Shown here in pieces: positions 1 through 11,966 of a DNA stretch of 64,000 nucleotides. Made by a program: the position numbers and the translations under genes. This DNA is from Octopus bimaculoides (taxonomy: Eukaryota), in contig NC_068981.1 of the NCBI RefSeq assembly GCF_001194135.2, forward strand, positions 9,689,462-9,753,461, written 5' to 3'. The notes beneath the pieces are model-generated. The model was not told where the DNA came from, did not search any database, and saw only the letters and a list, made by a program, of their open reading frames with translations. Every line of letters starts with the position of its first letter. The stretch's first letter is position 1.

Positions 1-125
1 CCGCGTCGGAGTGAAAATTAGATTAAGCAATTTGAAATAATTCAAAATCACGAATTATGCAATTTAAAATCATGACATTAGCAAATTACCCAGGCGTGTC
101 TTTTTCATGGAGAATATGGCAGTAA

Positions 126-487
126 GGCGCAGACATGGCTGTGTGGTAAGAAGCCTGTTTTCCGACTGCATTTTTCTGGATTCAATTCTGCTCCATGGCA
201 CTTTGGGCAAGTGTTTTCTTCTATAACTTCAGGCCGACCTTGTGGATTTAGTAGACTGAAACTGAAAGAAGCCCGTCGTATATATATATATATATATATA
301 TATGCGTGTGTGTGTTTGTGTGTCTGTGTTTTCGCCCACCCCCACCCTGCCAACGTCGCTTGACAACCGATGCTGGTGAGTTTACGTATCTGTAACTTAG
401 CGGTTCGGCAAAAGAGACCGATAGAATAAGTACTAGGCTTACAAAGAATAAGTCCTGGGGTCGATTTGCTCGACTAAAGGCGGTGCT
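126..487 (+). mobile_element. tRNA-headed SINE, family B (CORE-like segment, internal (TA)n/(TG)n, 3' body), cut off by the N-gap
   Basis: A-box-like TGGCTGTGTGG head, CTTTGGGCAAGTG CORE-like motif and internal (TA)n at 279-303. The 3' body (GACCGATAGAATAAGTACT...CTGGGGTCGATTTGCTCGACT) recurs at 10.8, 13.1, 16.5, 36.9 and 44.3 kb. Confidence 0.9.
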
Positions 488-533
488 NNNNNNNNNNNNN
501 NNNNNNNNNNNNNNNNNNNNNNNNNNNNNNNNN

Positions 534-598
<65 letters not shown>
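534..598. repeat. (TG)n microsatellite next to N-gap 488-533
   Basis: Direct reading. Confidence 0.95.
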
Positions 599-601
<3 letters not shown>

Positions 602-946
602 TATGTTGTCATCCAGGGATTATATTTTTCTTTTCTAGAAGAGGAGATACTTTTCAGCAAGTCAATGCTTTATGTTTTATGGCATAACTGATATCGTACA
701 TAAAGCATAACTGGAAAAGAGATCACATCTTATTGTTGTTGGATTAACGGAGAATCTTGCCTCTCACAATATAGGAAAAATTCTCATGTCACCAGTACAA
801 GCAAAATGGAAAAGGCTTTGCTCCGGAGGATACTCTTACCAGCCGTTCGTTTCATTTAAACATATACACACACCCACAAACACGCACATACACACGCACA
901 CACATACATGTTCGTGTGTTTGTATAGGTTTGTGTTTATAGATATT

Positions 947-1140
947 GGCTTCATATTTTGGCACACAACCAGGACTTAAGTAGTACTGACCTCAGGACTT
1001 AAGTAGTACTTACTTTATCGACCCCGAAAGGATGAAAGGCAAAGTCGACTTCGGTGGAATTTGAACTCTGGACATAAAGACGGACGAAATACCGCTACGC
1101 ATTTCGTCCGGCGTGATAACGATTCCTCCAGCTTACCGGC
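947..1140 (-). mobile_element. SINE family A copy with an 18-bp duplication (CAGGACTTAAGTAGTACT at 970-987 and 993-1010) replacing part of the body
   Basis: ATCGACCCCGAAAGGATGAAAGGCAAAGTCGAC core and reverse B-box GGAATTTGAACTC, as in the other A copies. Confidence 0.85.
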
Positions 1141-1160
1141 TTTTTCTGTTGATAGACACT

Positions 1161-1373
1161 GGCTTCAAATTTTGCCGGAATGCCAGAAATTTTAGGGGAG
1201 GAGGTAAGTCGATTGCATCCACCCCAGCACTCAACTGATACTTATTTTATCGACCCCGAAAGGATGTTAAGCAAAATCAATCCCGGTGACATTTGAACTC
1301 ATAACGTAAAGTCGGATGAAATGTCGTTAAACATTTTGGCCGGTGTGTTAATAGTTCTACTTGCGCGCACCTT
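1161..1373 (-). mobile_element. SINE family A (TTTGAAACC-tail subtype), diverged
   Basis: Same core and head as the other A copies. Confidence 0.8.
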
Positions 1374-1661
1374 TGTGTATTTATAAACATTAACATATGT
1401 TTCATATTTCTATGAATTTTAGATTGAATATAAATCTTTCATCCAATTTCTATAATCAGTTGCAATATTTCCTTTCAACTTTGGGTATAGCCACAAGAAA
1501 AGCATAAACTTAACAGCTGCTTCTAATTTCTAAATCCACTGAATGTATTTCGCTTCCTGATAATCACATCTCTATTTGTGTAATTAATATAATTAGATAT
1601 AATCTTTTGATCCTCACCATACTCATTTAAATTAAAATTTCAAATATATTTGTAGGACTGT

Positions 1662-1816
1662 CCCTATAATTTATCAAACCTGTTACAAATGATTGCTTTC
1701 AAACAGGCAACAACATGTATATAAACTTAGAGAAGATCCCTATAATTTATCAAACCTGTTGCAAATGATTGCTTTCAACCAGGCAACAACATGCTGTATA
1801 TAAACTTAGAGGAGAT
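1662..1816. repeat. Tandem duplication of a 76/79-bp unit
   Basis: CCCTATAATTTATCAAACCTGTT...AAACTTAGAG(A/G)AGAT at 1662-1737 and 1738-1816, with a few substitutions and a 3-bp indel. Confidence 0.95.
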
Positions 1817-3654
1817 ATGTATGGAAGGAACAAATGAACAATAAAATTTACCGTTCCAAGAAACTAATGATGGGTTATGTCCGTACGATATAATTAATTT
1901 AGTTGATATTCCATCAAATAAAAAGGGAGTACTTAGACTGTTAAAACTCACTCTCCTTGCGGCGCATGGATCTACGCTGTTCTAACAAATATTGCAAACA
2001 TTTAAAGCATATATGACTGCTAGCTGCTGTGTATACCAGTATTTGTTTCATTTGCCTTTTGATTATCTAAATTTAAACAGGAACAGTCTTTATTTTTGTT
2101 TTATTAAAAGAAAAAGATCGTTAGTAACCTAAAATTTAAGAAAATGATCCGAAAATTGCGACCAAATATTTTAAACTAATAATATGAAAATTGAAAGAAA
2201 ATATAGATAGAATACATTGAGAAAGCAGCTAAGAGAATAAAGTGCAGTGAAAATTGGTATAGTTGTGCAAAGAAAAGGGTTGATCATAAATAATTTACAA
2301 GCTGTCAGTTTTATAACTTTATATTTTTTATATGAATACATCTTGAAGCAAAATATTTTCTGTTTCTTTTATTTATAAGAAATAAAATCAATTTTCATAG
2401 TATTACATTTATTTTATAATTCTCTTCCTGGTCGAGACCAGTTTGTTGAGACCATGCAAAAGAATCACCATCAAGAAGTCTTTGTCTCACGGGGAATTCG
2501 AACGTAAGCTCAGATCCCCGGAGAATATCTTTACAAAGCTCGGGTTGGTAAACATTGAGTCTGGTGCCCAACAATTAGATAATAATTTCTCTTGATATTT
2601 TCGGCTAAATTCTAATTTTAAAATAATTGCATTTTATCATTTGAGATGAAATGATATATTATTTCATTTAAATAGATATTTACTTTATTTAGATGCTAGT
2701 CTCCTTCTACCAGTGAAGCACAACAAATTGCCAGCTCTATCTATGCGCGTGTTTGTATGTTTGCGTAAAAACAAAACTCATTCATCGCCTTCATTAGTTG
2801 ACTGTTTTCCTTTTATTATCGTTTTCTCCTTCCTTGCGCCAGAAAGATACGTATGACTAAATGTTGATGAAATTACGAAGAAAATCAATGGGGAGATAGA
2901 TAGCAATTTTAGATCGGATGACAACCATATCATTTGTTCAATAGCAGGCTAATAGTCGTTCAACATTTAAACAATAATTTGTTTTGTAAGTCTAGGTTTA
3001 ATAGATCAGATCACGGAAATATTTTAGTGTCCATGGTAACCATCCAAATAAAGTCCGGCATATAGACAGCTAATCCAACTTTGGTAAAAATTGCAAGCGT
3101 TCTGATTAATTTGATTAAGAGCGGCAAAAAGAATTATCCTCAATAAGCATTATAAAACAGTGCATGATCAATGACGAAAGGTTGCTTTTTTTACTCCAAA
3201 TTGATATTAGATAAAACTATGAAAATATTTCTTTTGGTCTGAAACAGAATATTAAATCTCTAATTGCATCTACATAGATTTTATGTTACCTTTAAATTCA
3301 CTTAAAATACATAAACAGACGTTCTAACTCATTTCAACGTTAGGTCAGAAGTAAAGGATTTCAAATTTCATGCAATGTATGTAGAAAATTTTTCTTTCCA
3401 AGCTATCTTCGTGGTATAATCTGTAATTAGTCATAATATAATAAAAGTAACTAAAACTGTGTCAATTATGTAGTATTCTTTATAATTGTTGCAGAGAGAT
3501 CGTTGTGGTTACCTCCCAAGATCAATGTTGATTTTTATTCTATTGATCTACTTAGATTCCTAGATGGACTATGAATCTAATCTTGCTATCGAAGGTACTC
3601 CATATAAGATCAATGATTTGAGGTTGTAAATGTAATTCTTATCGTAACTTTTAT

Positions 3655-5110
3655 TTTCGCTTGCTTCTCTTTTTTCTCTTCCAATTCTGCGCAAAAGCTA
3701 TTGTGCGTTCTCGGATATTTTGTCACAGTATTCTTTCAATATCATTGGTTTTCAAGCTGTACATGTCAATGTTACATTTCCTTCTTGTAGGCGTTTTAAT
3801 ACATTTTTGTATCTCTTCTGTTGTCCGTTCCTTTTACAAGTGCCTTCTTTCGGCAAGCGTTTGTCTTTCACTTGAAAACATACTACACAATTTTAGTTGA
3901 TTCTTGATGGAGGTTATCATTATTGTTACTTGTATCACTGCATATTAGCGCTGATTTTATTTTTGTTTCCAGGGATGATATTTATGGTATTTCAAAAAAA
4001 ACTGTTAGAAAGATGACACCTTCGAATAAATTCAAATGAATTCGGCGTGTTGTCCAGTTTTCCAATGTATAGAAGAGCGCTGGAATCATCGCTGCTCTCT
4101 TCACTAACATTTCGGAAATCATTAAAGTATTTTGTTCGGATACATACCGGACCGGTTTCAGTACATTTAAGACAATTTGGGGTCGAGTTCTCAATACTGA
4201 CAATCAAGGAGTAACTTATAAGATGCAAAAAGTGGTTCACATTTTCCAAGAATCGTTTCGCTAAGTCGTATTACTAGCTTTATTCGGTTTGTCTCAGTTG
4301 CTGATCGATGACAAATGATATGAATTTTTCTTGATTGCTCAATTAAAAGCAATCACGTCCGTTGTTCTCTGACTGAGTGCTCCTCTTTGTATTAGAAATC
4401 AATGGGGGTGTCTTTCTTGTGTTTGGATTTGAGACAGGTAAGGTTGAATAGTCTGCCGTCTATTCTGCTGACAATTTTAATTCTGGGCGTAAGTTTTCCA
4501 TGATGATGTTGGTTGCCGCATTGAAGGTGGTGAACAGTACCTAGGCAACCAAGCGTGTCTATTTTACATCTGATATGACATAAAGAACGGCTCACAGTTT
4601 CTATTGTTAGCTGTGATTATGGCAAGGATAACATCTCGAAGGAGCATAAGGATGTGAATATACTTTATAGTCATCTAAAATTGATTGGACATTACACTGG
4701 CTAGCTCGATGAATGCCATGTATTGTACAAAAGCTTATGTTGTTTTGCGATAGTTTTCTCGTAGATTATGTCATTTGATACAAGTGATGGTCTAAAACCC
4801 CAGCTTTTATTTTCGGAAGGTTTTTCTTAGCCAGTGTTTTAAACCGGTTGTTCATGATGCTATTGTCAACAGGGATATTGCACGGCAGTTCCTGCATTCC
4901 GATTGATCAATTTTTCTTTTGCAGACTGTAAAGATTGCCGAGCTTACAAAATTCTGTTTTATCCTTATCTCTATAAGTTAGTAATAGACAAGGTTACCAT
5001 CAAGTTTGTAAATGTTGGTTGGTATTCCATCGAATCCAGCAGCATTGTTGGTATTTTGTTTAGAGAGCCATTCTTGAGCTGCTTTGGAATTATTTTATTC
5101 ATATTCCTGT
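3655..5110 (-). mobile_element. Decayed RTE-clade (BovB-like) LINE, reverse transcriptase to C-terminus
   Basis: Minus-strand translation across stops and frameshifts gives, in order: NAAGFDGIP, NCRAISLLTIA, GFRPS, DVK*TRLVA*VLFTTF (cf. GVKQGCVLAPTLF), SRIDGRLFNL (cf. YRTDGKLFNL) and RAAMIPALFYTLENWT (cf. RAVVLPTLLYGCETWT). Confidence 0.8.
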
Positions 5111-5750
5111 CAAATGAAACCACCTGTGTTAGATCTGCAAAGTGTTCTCTTATAATATTCTTTAAGATTCATATTACCGTTTAAGAGTGACTGGAAAGAC
5201 CAAAATTGCTTTAGCTGAGTTGAAAAAGCTTCGAAGGTCAAATAAACATGCCTACAGAAACCAATCGACCTCACTAAAAACTTAGAATCGTCGCCACTGT
5301 CAACATCTATATAGTTAATTTATTAGCTGTAACTCAAAACCTAAGCTCCTGCAAGTACACACCTTACAGAAAGCCTAACAAGGGCCTTTAAAATATATTC
5401 AATTTTAGAAAACGAATCACAGTTATATCTCATGACGAACAAACCCTTAACCGCACGAGAGCATACTACAATGACAATACAATACAACTTACGAAAATAT
5501 AAAAGAGAAACTCATCATACAACTTAGCGTCTGATGAATTGAAATAAAGTGCGGTTTCGCTAAAACCTAATAAACACTTCCCTACCAGTCTTAAATTTCT
5601 AAAACTCTTCACAAAAAACAGCGAGGTACATATGTCCTGATAACTTCCCCCTAGAAACACTAAGTGAAATCAGACATAGTTATAAATTTTCAATACCTTG
5701 TGCAACAGCTTATTAATATCTCATACATATACGCAAACATTGTAGAATAC

Positions 5751-5965
5751 TGGTTCTAAATTTTTGGCACAATGCCAACAGTTTCGGGGCAGAGGGGAAG
5801 TCGATTACATCGACCTCAGTTTTCAACTGGTACTTATTTTATCGATCCCAAAAAGTTGAAGGCAAATTCGACACTGGCGGCATTTGAATTCAGAATGTAA
5901 AGTCGGAAGAAATGCCGTTTAGCAATTTTTCCGGTGCCGTAACGTCTCTGCCAGTTCACTGCCTT
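5751..5965 (-). mobile_element. SINE family A
   Basis: Full-length match to the other A copies. Confidence 0.85.
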
Positions 5966-6019
5966 GTATACCATCTGAAACGTAATGTATATAAATATCA
6001 TAATATACATTAAATATAA

Positions 6020-6231
6020 GGCGGCGAGCTGGCAGAAACGTTAGCACGCCGGGCGAAATCCTTAGCAGTATTTCGTCTGTCTTTACGTTCTGAGTTCAAC
6101 ATTCCACCAAGGTCGACTTTGCTTTTCATCATTTCGGGGTTGATAAATTAAGTACCAGTTGTGTACTGGAATTGATCTAATCGACTGGCCCCCTCCTCAA
6201 AAATTTTGGGTTTGTGCCTAGTATAGAAAAG
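6020..6231 (+). mobile_element. SINE family A, near full length, with a probable 16-bp TSD
   Basis: GGCGGCGAGCTGGCAGAA head (A-box-like TGGCAGAAACG, B-box-like GAGTTCAA). Flanks AATATACATTAAATAT (6002-6017) and AATATATATTAAATAT (6232-6247). Confidence 0.92.
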
Positions 6232-7200
6232 AATATATATTAAATATGGTGCATATATTATCTGATATGGACGCGATCAGCCCACCGTCATGTGAAACTC
6301 ATGTAGGTTTATATATATATATATACACCCCTGGATAATACACATAAAAAGCTTTCTTTAATAATTTAGATATTCGATAACATTTTAGAAACTTTCACTA
6401 AAAATGTCGAGCTAAAACATTTGAAGAATTAGTTAGTTTATCTTCATACTGGAGTAATCGATTTTTAAAATCCATCTCCAGTTCCACATTTAGGGATGAT
6501 AACATATCCCAGATGTACTATAATCTAATTCAATAAAATTTGCGCCTATAATAGGTTTCTAAAATATATTTCAAAACCAAATATTTTCTACTACAAAAGC
6601 GAACGCATAATCCGTTTGAAACCCCGCCTACATCAAATAAACAAATAATTAGATTCATAAATAAAATAAAAAATTAAAGAAGTAAAAATTGGCACATACT
6701 ATTGGAAGAAAGCGAACTTGCATTATAATGCAATCATTTCAATGAAAAATATTCTTTAGCGGTGTAAAAAAAATTCTGAAATGCATTTCAGAATCATATT
6801 TTTTTACAGAAAGAAAGAGAACGTCTAATCCACTCTGATGAAAAAGTAAATCTATAAGTAAAATACACACCAAAAATGAGCGCACACCATTGTGAGAAAG
6901 TGAACTCGCATTGTTAGGAATTGAAAATATCACTTAACCATTGCAAATCAAAATATCTTATTACTAGGGGCTACAGTGAATTTATACATTGTTCTCTAAA
7001 CAATAACGCATACAGCTATACAAGCAGTCCCCCCTACTTTCATAGCTTACTCCTTATTTTTTCTTTGAGCGAAAAATACAAAAATGTGTATATATTTTAC
7101 TGATCGAAAATTTTTGAAAGAAGGTACATCTGTTTTAGTCGCCATGTTACTGCCATATTTTATTATTCCTCTGAATTGCGTCAAAATAATTCTTCCTTAT

Positions 7201-7393
7201 TTTGGCACAAGGCCAGGAATTTTGAGGAGTGAGGAAATCGATGCAGTGCTCAACTGATTCTTGTTTTATTGACACCAAAAGAACGAAAGGCAAAGTCGAC
7301 CTCGGTGGAATTTGAACTCAGAAAGTAAAAACGGACGAAATGCCGCAAAGCATTTTGCCGGGCGTACTAAAGCTTCTGCCAGCACGTCACCTT
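7201..7393 (-). mobile_element. SINE family A
   Basis: Core and head match. Confidence 0.85.
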
Positions 7394-7420
7394 ATTACGT
7401 TGCAATAATTATTTCCACTT

Positions 7421-7625
7421 TCGACACAAGGCCTGAGATTTGGTCGGAACGGAGCTAGTCGATTACATCAACCCCAGTACACAACTGGTTCGTATTTTAT
7501 TGATTCCGAGAAAATGAAAGGAAAAAGTCAACCACGTTGGAATTTGGACTTAGAATGTAAAGACAGACAAAATACTGCTAAGCAATTTTCCCAGCCTGCT
7601 AACAATTCTGCCAGCTCACCCCCTT
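7421..7625 (-). mobile_element. SINE family A, in tandem with the previous copy
   Basis: Core and head match. Confidence 0.8.
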
Positions 7626-7759
7626 ATTGTGTCGAAATAACAAATGTAGTTCGTGGGGTTTCTCCTTCCCAAACTATGTTAAACTAAATCGCACTCCAAA
7701 AGTCGAGTCTTTGCAATCATAGATACACTGGATGTTGAAGTGACACATCGGAAAACGTA

Positions 7760-8150
7760 AGCATATCGAGAAGAAGCTGCATTAAATTACGAATACAACA
7801 AAAATTGACAAATTTACTCAGAGCCTCGGATGGCGTGCTGACTTCTTCGTTAAACAAGGTAATAAGCAAATCCTTAAATCCAATTTTGTGTTTATTTCCT
7901 ATAAATGCTCGCCAAATAATATTTTATTTCAGTTATTTTAAAACGGTTTTCGATTATGCAAGAATCTCAACTTCCGAAAGCAAAATAACAGCTTTTGCGA
8001 CAAGTTAAATAAAAATTCGTGTGAAATATATATATATATATAAAAAAGAAAAAAGTTCAACCACAATCAAGCATGACAAAAAAAAAAACTCTGCATGAAA
8101 TAGGCCAAAACGCCTACCAACAGCTGTCATTAGTAATTACGACAGAAACA
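7760..8150 (+). mobile_element. Penelope-like element (PLE) ORF remnant, N-terminal region
   Basis: The frame from 7801 reads KIDKFTQSLGWRADFF...NFVFISYKCSP. After frameshifts it reads ADK..NLHEIGQNAYQQL. This matches the remembered PLE pattern EK.ESF.KRMRWKAFF...FGFKS.KCPP...ADKT.N.Y. Confidence 0.6.
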
Positions 8151-9305
8151 TCATGAGCAAAATATAAGCTATATATATAATATATGTATGTGTGTGATTG
8201 AATGAAACGCCACAGGATTCAAATATAAAACAATCATGTGCAGAAATTCTAAATACTGTTTTAACAGTACCCAGTGCTGTTAATACAATTATTTTCGTTT
8301 TGAATGCATAAGAAATATGGTTAAAGCTAGGAAATATGAGATACTCTATAAACTNNNNNNNNNNNNNNNNNNNNNNNNNNNNNNNNNNNNNNNNNNNNNN
8401 NNNNNNNNNNNNNNNNNNNNNNNNNNNNNNNNNNNNNNNNNNNNNNNNNNNNNNNNNNNNNNNNNNNNNNNNNNNNNNNNNNNNNNNNNNNNNNNNNNNN
8501 NNNNNNNNNNNNNNNNNNNNNNNNNNNNNNNNNNNNNNNNNNNNNNNNNNNNNNNNNNNNNNATACAAAGCATATAAAGGAAGCCATCTACTATGTTTAT
8601 TGTGCGTGTGTGAAATTGTGTTGTAACAAAACTAACTTTATGAAACTAATGTATTTATTGATTCATTCTGCTGTAGTGGCATTTTTATGCATAAATGAGT
8701 GGTATTTGAATTCTGTGACATTTCAACCAAGTAGTGTTTTGGTCCTTATTTTCGTGGATAAAATTTAACATATTCGCATTTGTCGCAATCTATGAACATT
8801 GGTTTCCAGTGTGAACTTGAGCAGTTCTATGTCTACAAGAAAAACGCAGATCGAGTGAGATTTCCTGATGACTGTAGATGCTGGTAGCAATCACTGGTTT
8901 AAGTGGGTAACTGCATGATTGTGTAGTTAATAGATTCGCCGTTTCGGATTTGAACCTACTGTGCTGCACAATAGGAAAAGAAATTCTAACATGACCAATA
9001 TATAACTCAGTTTTTTGTTTACAGTAATTTGATAGGCTCAAACTGTAGTGAAGCTCATCATACAAACAGTCTCGGACATATATACACTCTGTGTACGTGT
9101 TTGTTTCGTCGGTTGACATTGGCAATGAATATAAACACCGGCGATAAAACCTAAACAAATCGGTGCTTTAGAAACGAAGTCCCCTGAAATATAAAGGGTT
9201 ACACACTTGATATTTTCAGCGTCAAAAATGCAGTGAATCAATGATTTTCGGTCTGTTGGAAATGTGTAATGAACTACATTTTCGTTCACAAATTGTAATA
9301 ACGTC

Positions 9306-9492
9306 AAAGAAGTGATTTTAAATTCTCAATCGCAGGATAATGCTAATAATATAGCCTGAACAGGATAAACTACCCCTGTTTTGCAGAAAAAAGTGTAGGT
9401 GACACTTTTTTCTGCAAAATAGGGGTAGTTTATCCTGTTCAGGCTATATTATTAGCATTATCCTGCGATTGAGAATTTATAATCACTTCTTT
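9306..9492. repeat. Near-perfect palindrome: 91-bp arms, 5-nt loop
   Basis: 9306-9396 is the reverse complement of 9402-9492 with 2 mismatches; loop AGGTG. Confidence 0.95.
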
Positions 9493-10342
9493 AACTTTCT
9501 AAAACATCTCAACGCTTCTAAAAGCAAACTTCGTTTGTTTGTTTACGTTTATCGTAATTTGAATTTAACAAATTGTAATATATTGAACTGTTTATGATGG
9601 TGAGAGAGTCATGAAGGAATTGATTAAAAAAAAAAAATTTGAACTATGGTGGTGCACCAGAATGAATCTCGTTGGCAGAAATTGTATGTAGAGGGGTAGT
9701 TTACAAGAAATTTATTTCCATTCTAAGACATGATAGGTACAATAAACTATTTTACTGATGTTTATGGCCGTAAAATTACTTTTCACCATGTCATCAATGG
9801 CGCAACACCACTGGCACTAGTTTTCTGTTAGATCTGGCTCTCTGGAAATCCTTCTGCTGGTCACTGGGAATGGAGCGAGAAATTTAAAGTAATGCAGTTT
9901 TTTGCGTCTGTCGCTGGAAAACAAGATATCACTATTTAGGCAATCGCATTTTGTTTGCACTAACCCCGTCCCACTCTTAAATCATCGATGTCGCTTCGCT
10001 TCCTTTGTGCATTTTCTTACTTTATCTCCAGCACAGCTCATAACTTCTATTGTATGTTCCACTGAATTACGTCAGAAACTGAACTCCGCGCAGATTTATT
10101 CTCTCTTCAATAATGCTTAACATTTGATTCGACGTGTAGGCGAGAATTAATACTAAATCGTAATTAGTGGAAGAAGACTAATCATAACCATCCGATCTGA
10201 TGAAGTGGAAATATTGTTAGTCGACAAGCGAATGCCATTGTAACAGTGATGCTTTTAATGATAATGACTAAAATGAAATTAAACCACATAGTGTATGTTA
10301 AACTTACATTGGACCATCACACAGAAATATAATTAAGTAAAA

Positions 10343-10504
10343 GCGTAGGTTTGGCCGTGTGTCTAAGATGGTTACCTTGCAAGCACATGATTTCGGTCTC
10401 GGGCCCATTGCGCTGCTCATTTAGTGTGTTCTGCTCTAGCTCTAGGCTGAGCAATGCCGTGAACGTGAATTTTTTTTAGAAGGGAACTGTATGGAATCCC
10501 TGTA

Positions 10505-10561
<57 letters not shown>

Positions 10562-10752
10562 TATGTGTCTGTGTTTGTCCCCATCCACTGCTAAAAAACT
10601 GGTGTTGGCTTCTTTACGTAACTTACCGGATTGGCAAAAGAAACGGATGAAATAGTACCACATTTAGAAATATGTACTGGGGTTGATCTGTGCGACTAAA
10701 ACTTTTCACGGTGATGCACCAGTATGGTCAGTCAAATTAGTGAAACAAAATA
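10343..10752 (+). mobile_element. SINE family B, diverged, with internal (TA)n at 10515-10558
   Basis: Head, microsatellite and 3' body are colinear with the other B copies. Confidence 0.75.
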
Positions 10753-10775
10753 GCAAAACCTTAGTAAAATAAATA

Positions 10776-11164
10776 TTCTTTTATTTCATTGTCCTTTGAC
10801 TGCAGCCATGCTGGAGCGCACCGCCTTTAATCGAACAAATTGACCCCAGGACTTATTCTTTGTAAGCCTAGTACTTATTCAATCGCACTTTTTTGTCGAA
10901 CCGCTAAGTTACGGGGACGTAAACACACCAACGTCGATTGTCAAGCGATGGTGAGGGTCAAACACCGACACACAAACATATTTATATATATTTTATACAC
11001 ATACAGGCTTCTTTCAGTTTCCGTCTACCAAATCCACTCACAAGGCTTTGGTCGGCCCTAGGCTAGAGTAGAAAACACTTACCGAAAGTGCCACGCAGTG
11101 GGACTGAACCCGGAACTATGTGACTGGCAAGCAAGCTGCTTACCACACAGTCACTCCTGCGCCT
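10776..11164 (-). mobile_element. SINE family B, near full length
   Basis: TTTGACTGCAGCCATGCTGG tail through CCACACAGTCACTCCTGCGCC head. Confidence 0.9.
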
Positions 11165-11966
11165 AAATGTTAACAAATTACCAAAAAGCCACCTAAATCT
11201 TCCTTGTAGACGACTTCTTTTAGTTACTTTGTGGCTAAAAAAGAACTTCAATATTTTTTGACTCGAAGACTAGTGAAACTGGTGTATCAGGCTATTGATT
11301 TTCAAGTTTATATTACACTGAAATGTCTATTGATATTATCTGATTCGGCAACTCCAGAAGAGACAACAGTAATAAATGTGGTAAATTTAGTGTCTTTTTT
11401 TTTCGAGGGAAAATGATGAAAGAGAAAAAACAAAACACTACAAATTTTCCTGAAGATAAGTTAGACCCTACTTAAATAGTAAGTCGATGTACATGCCCAA
11501 TGAAGATATATTTCGGATTGATAAGTGTAGAAATGATATTTTGGATTGATAAGTATAGAAATTATCTTTGTTGGGATTCTATGCCTCCCACGTACATTTG
11601 AAACCATTCCTTTCACTGATTTGCCAGATGTTAGCCTCCAGTTACTTCATAATTGATTCTGTCATTCTAGGCCAGTTATAAGATATAAATTCTAAGCCGG
11701 TTCATTAAAGATGTAAGAACCATGGAACCACTTTATATTTCATATATATAAATATATGTATAGATGCGAGCTTAGCAGGTTGCTCTCAGCAACGCGGGAA
11801 AGGTGTGTTTTTTTTTACGTATTTTAGAATATATGTTTGGAAAATTGCATACAAAAGCAGAGCTACAATGAATATTATTTAATTGGAAATATTTGAAAAA
11901 TGTAAAGTGAAATGTGGAATTAGGGATGAGAAGACAAATTGGACGACAATGACAAGCTTAACTTAG

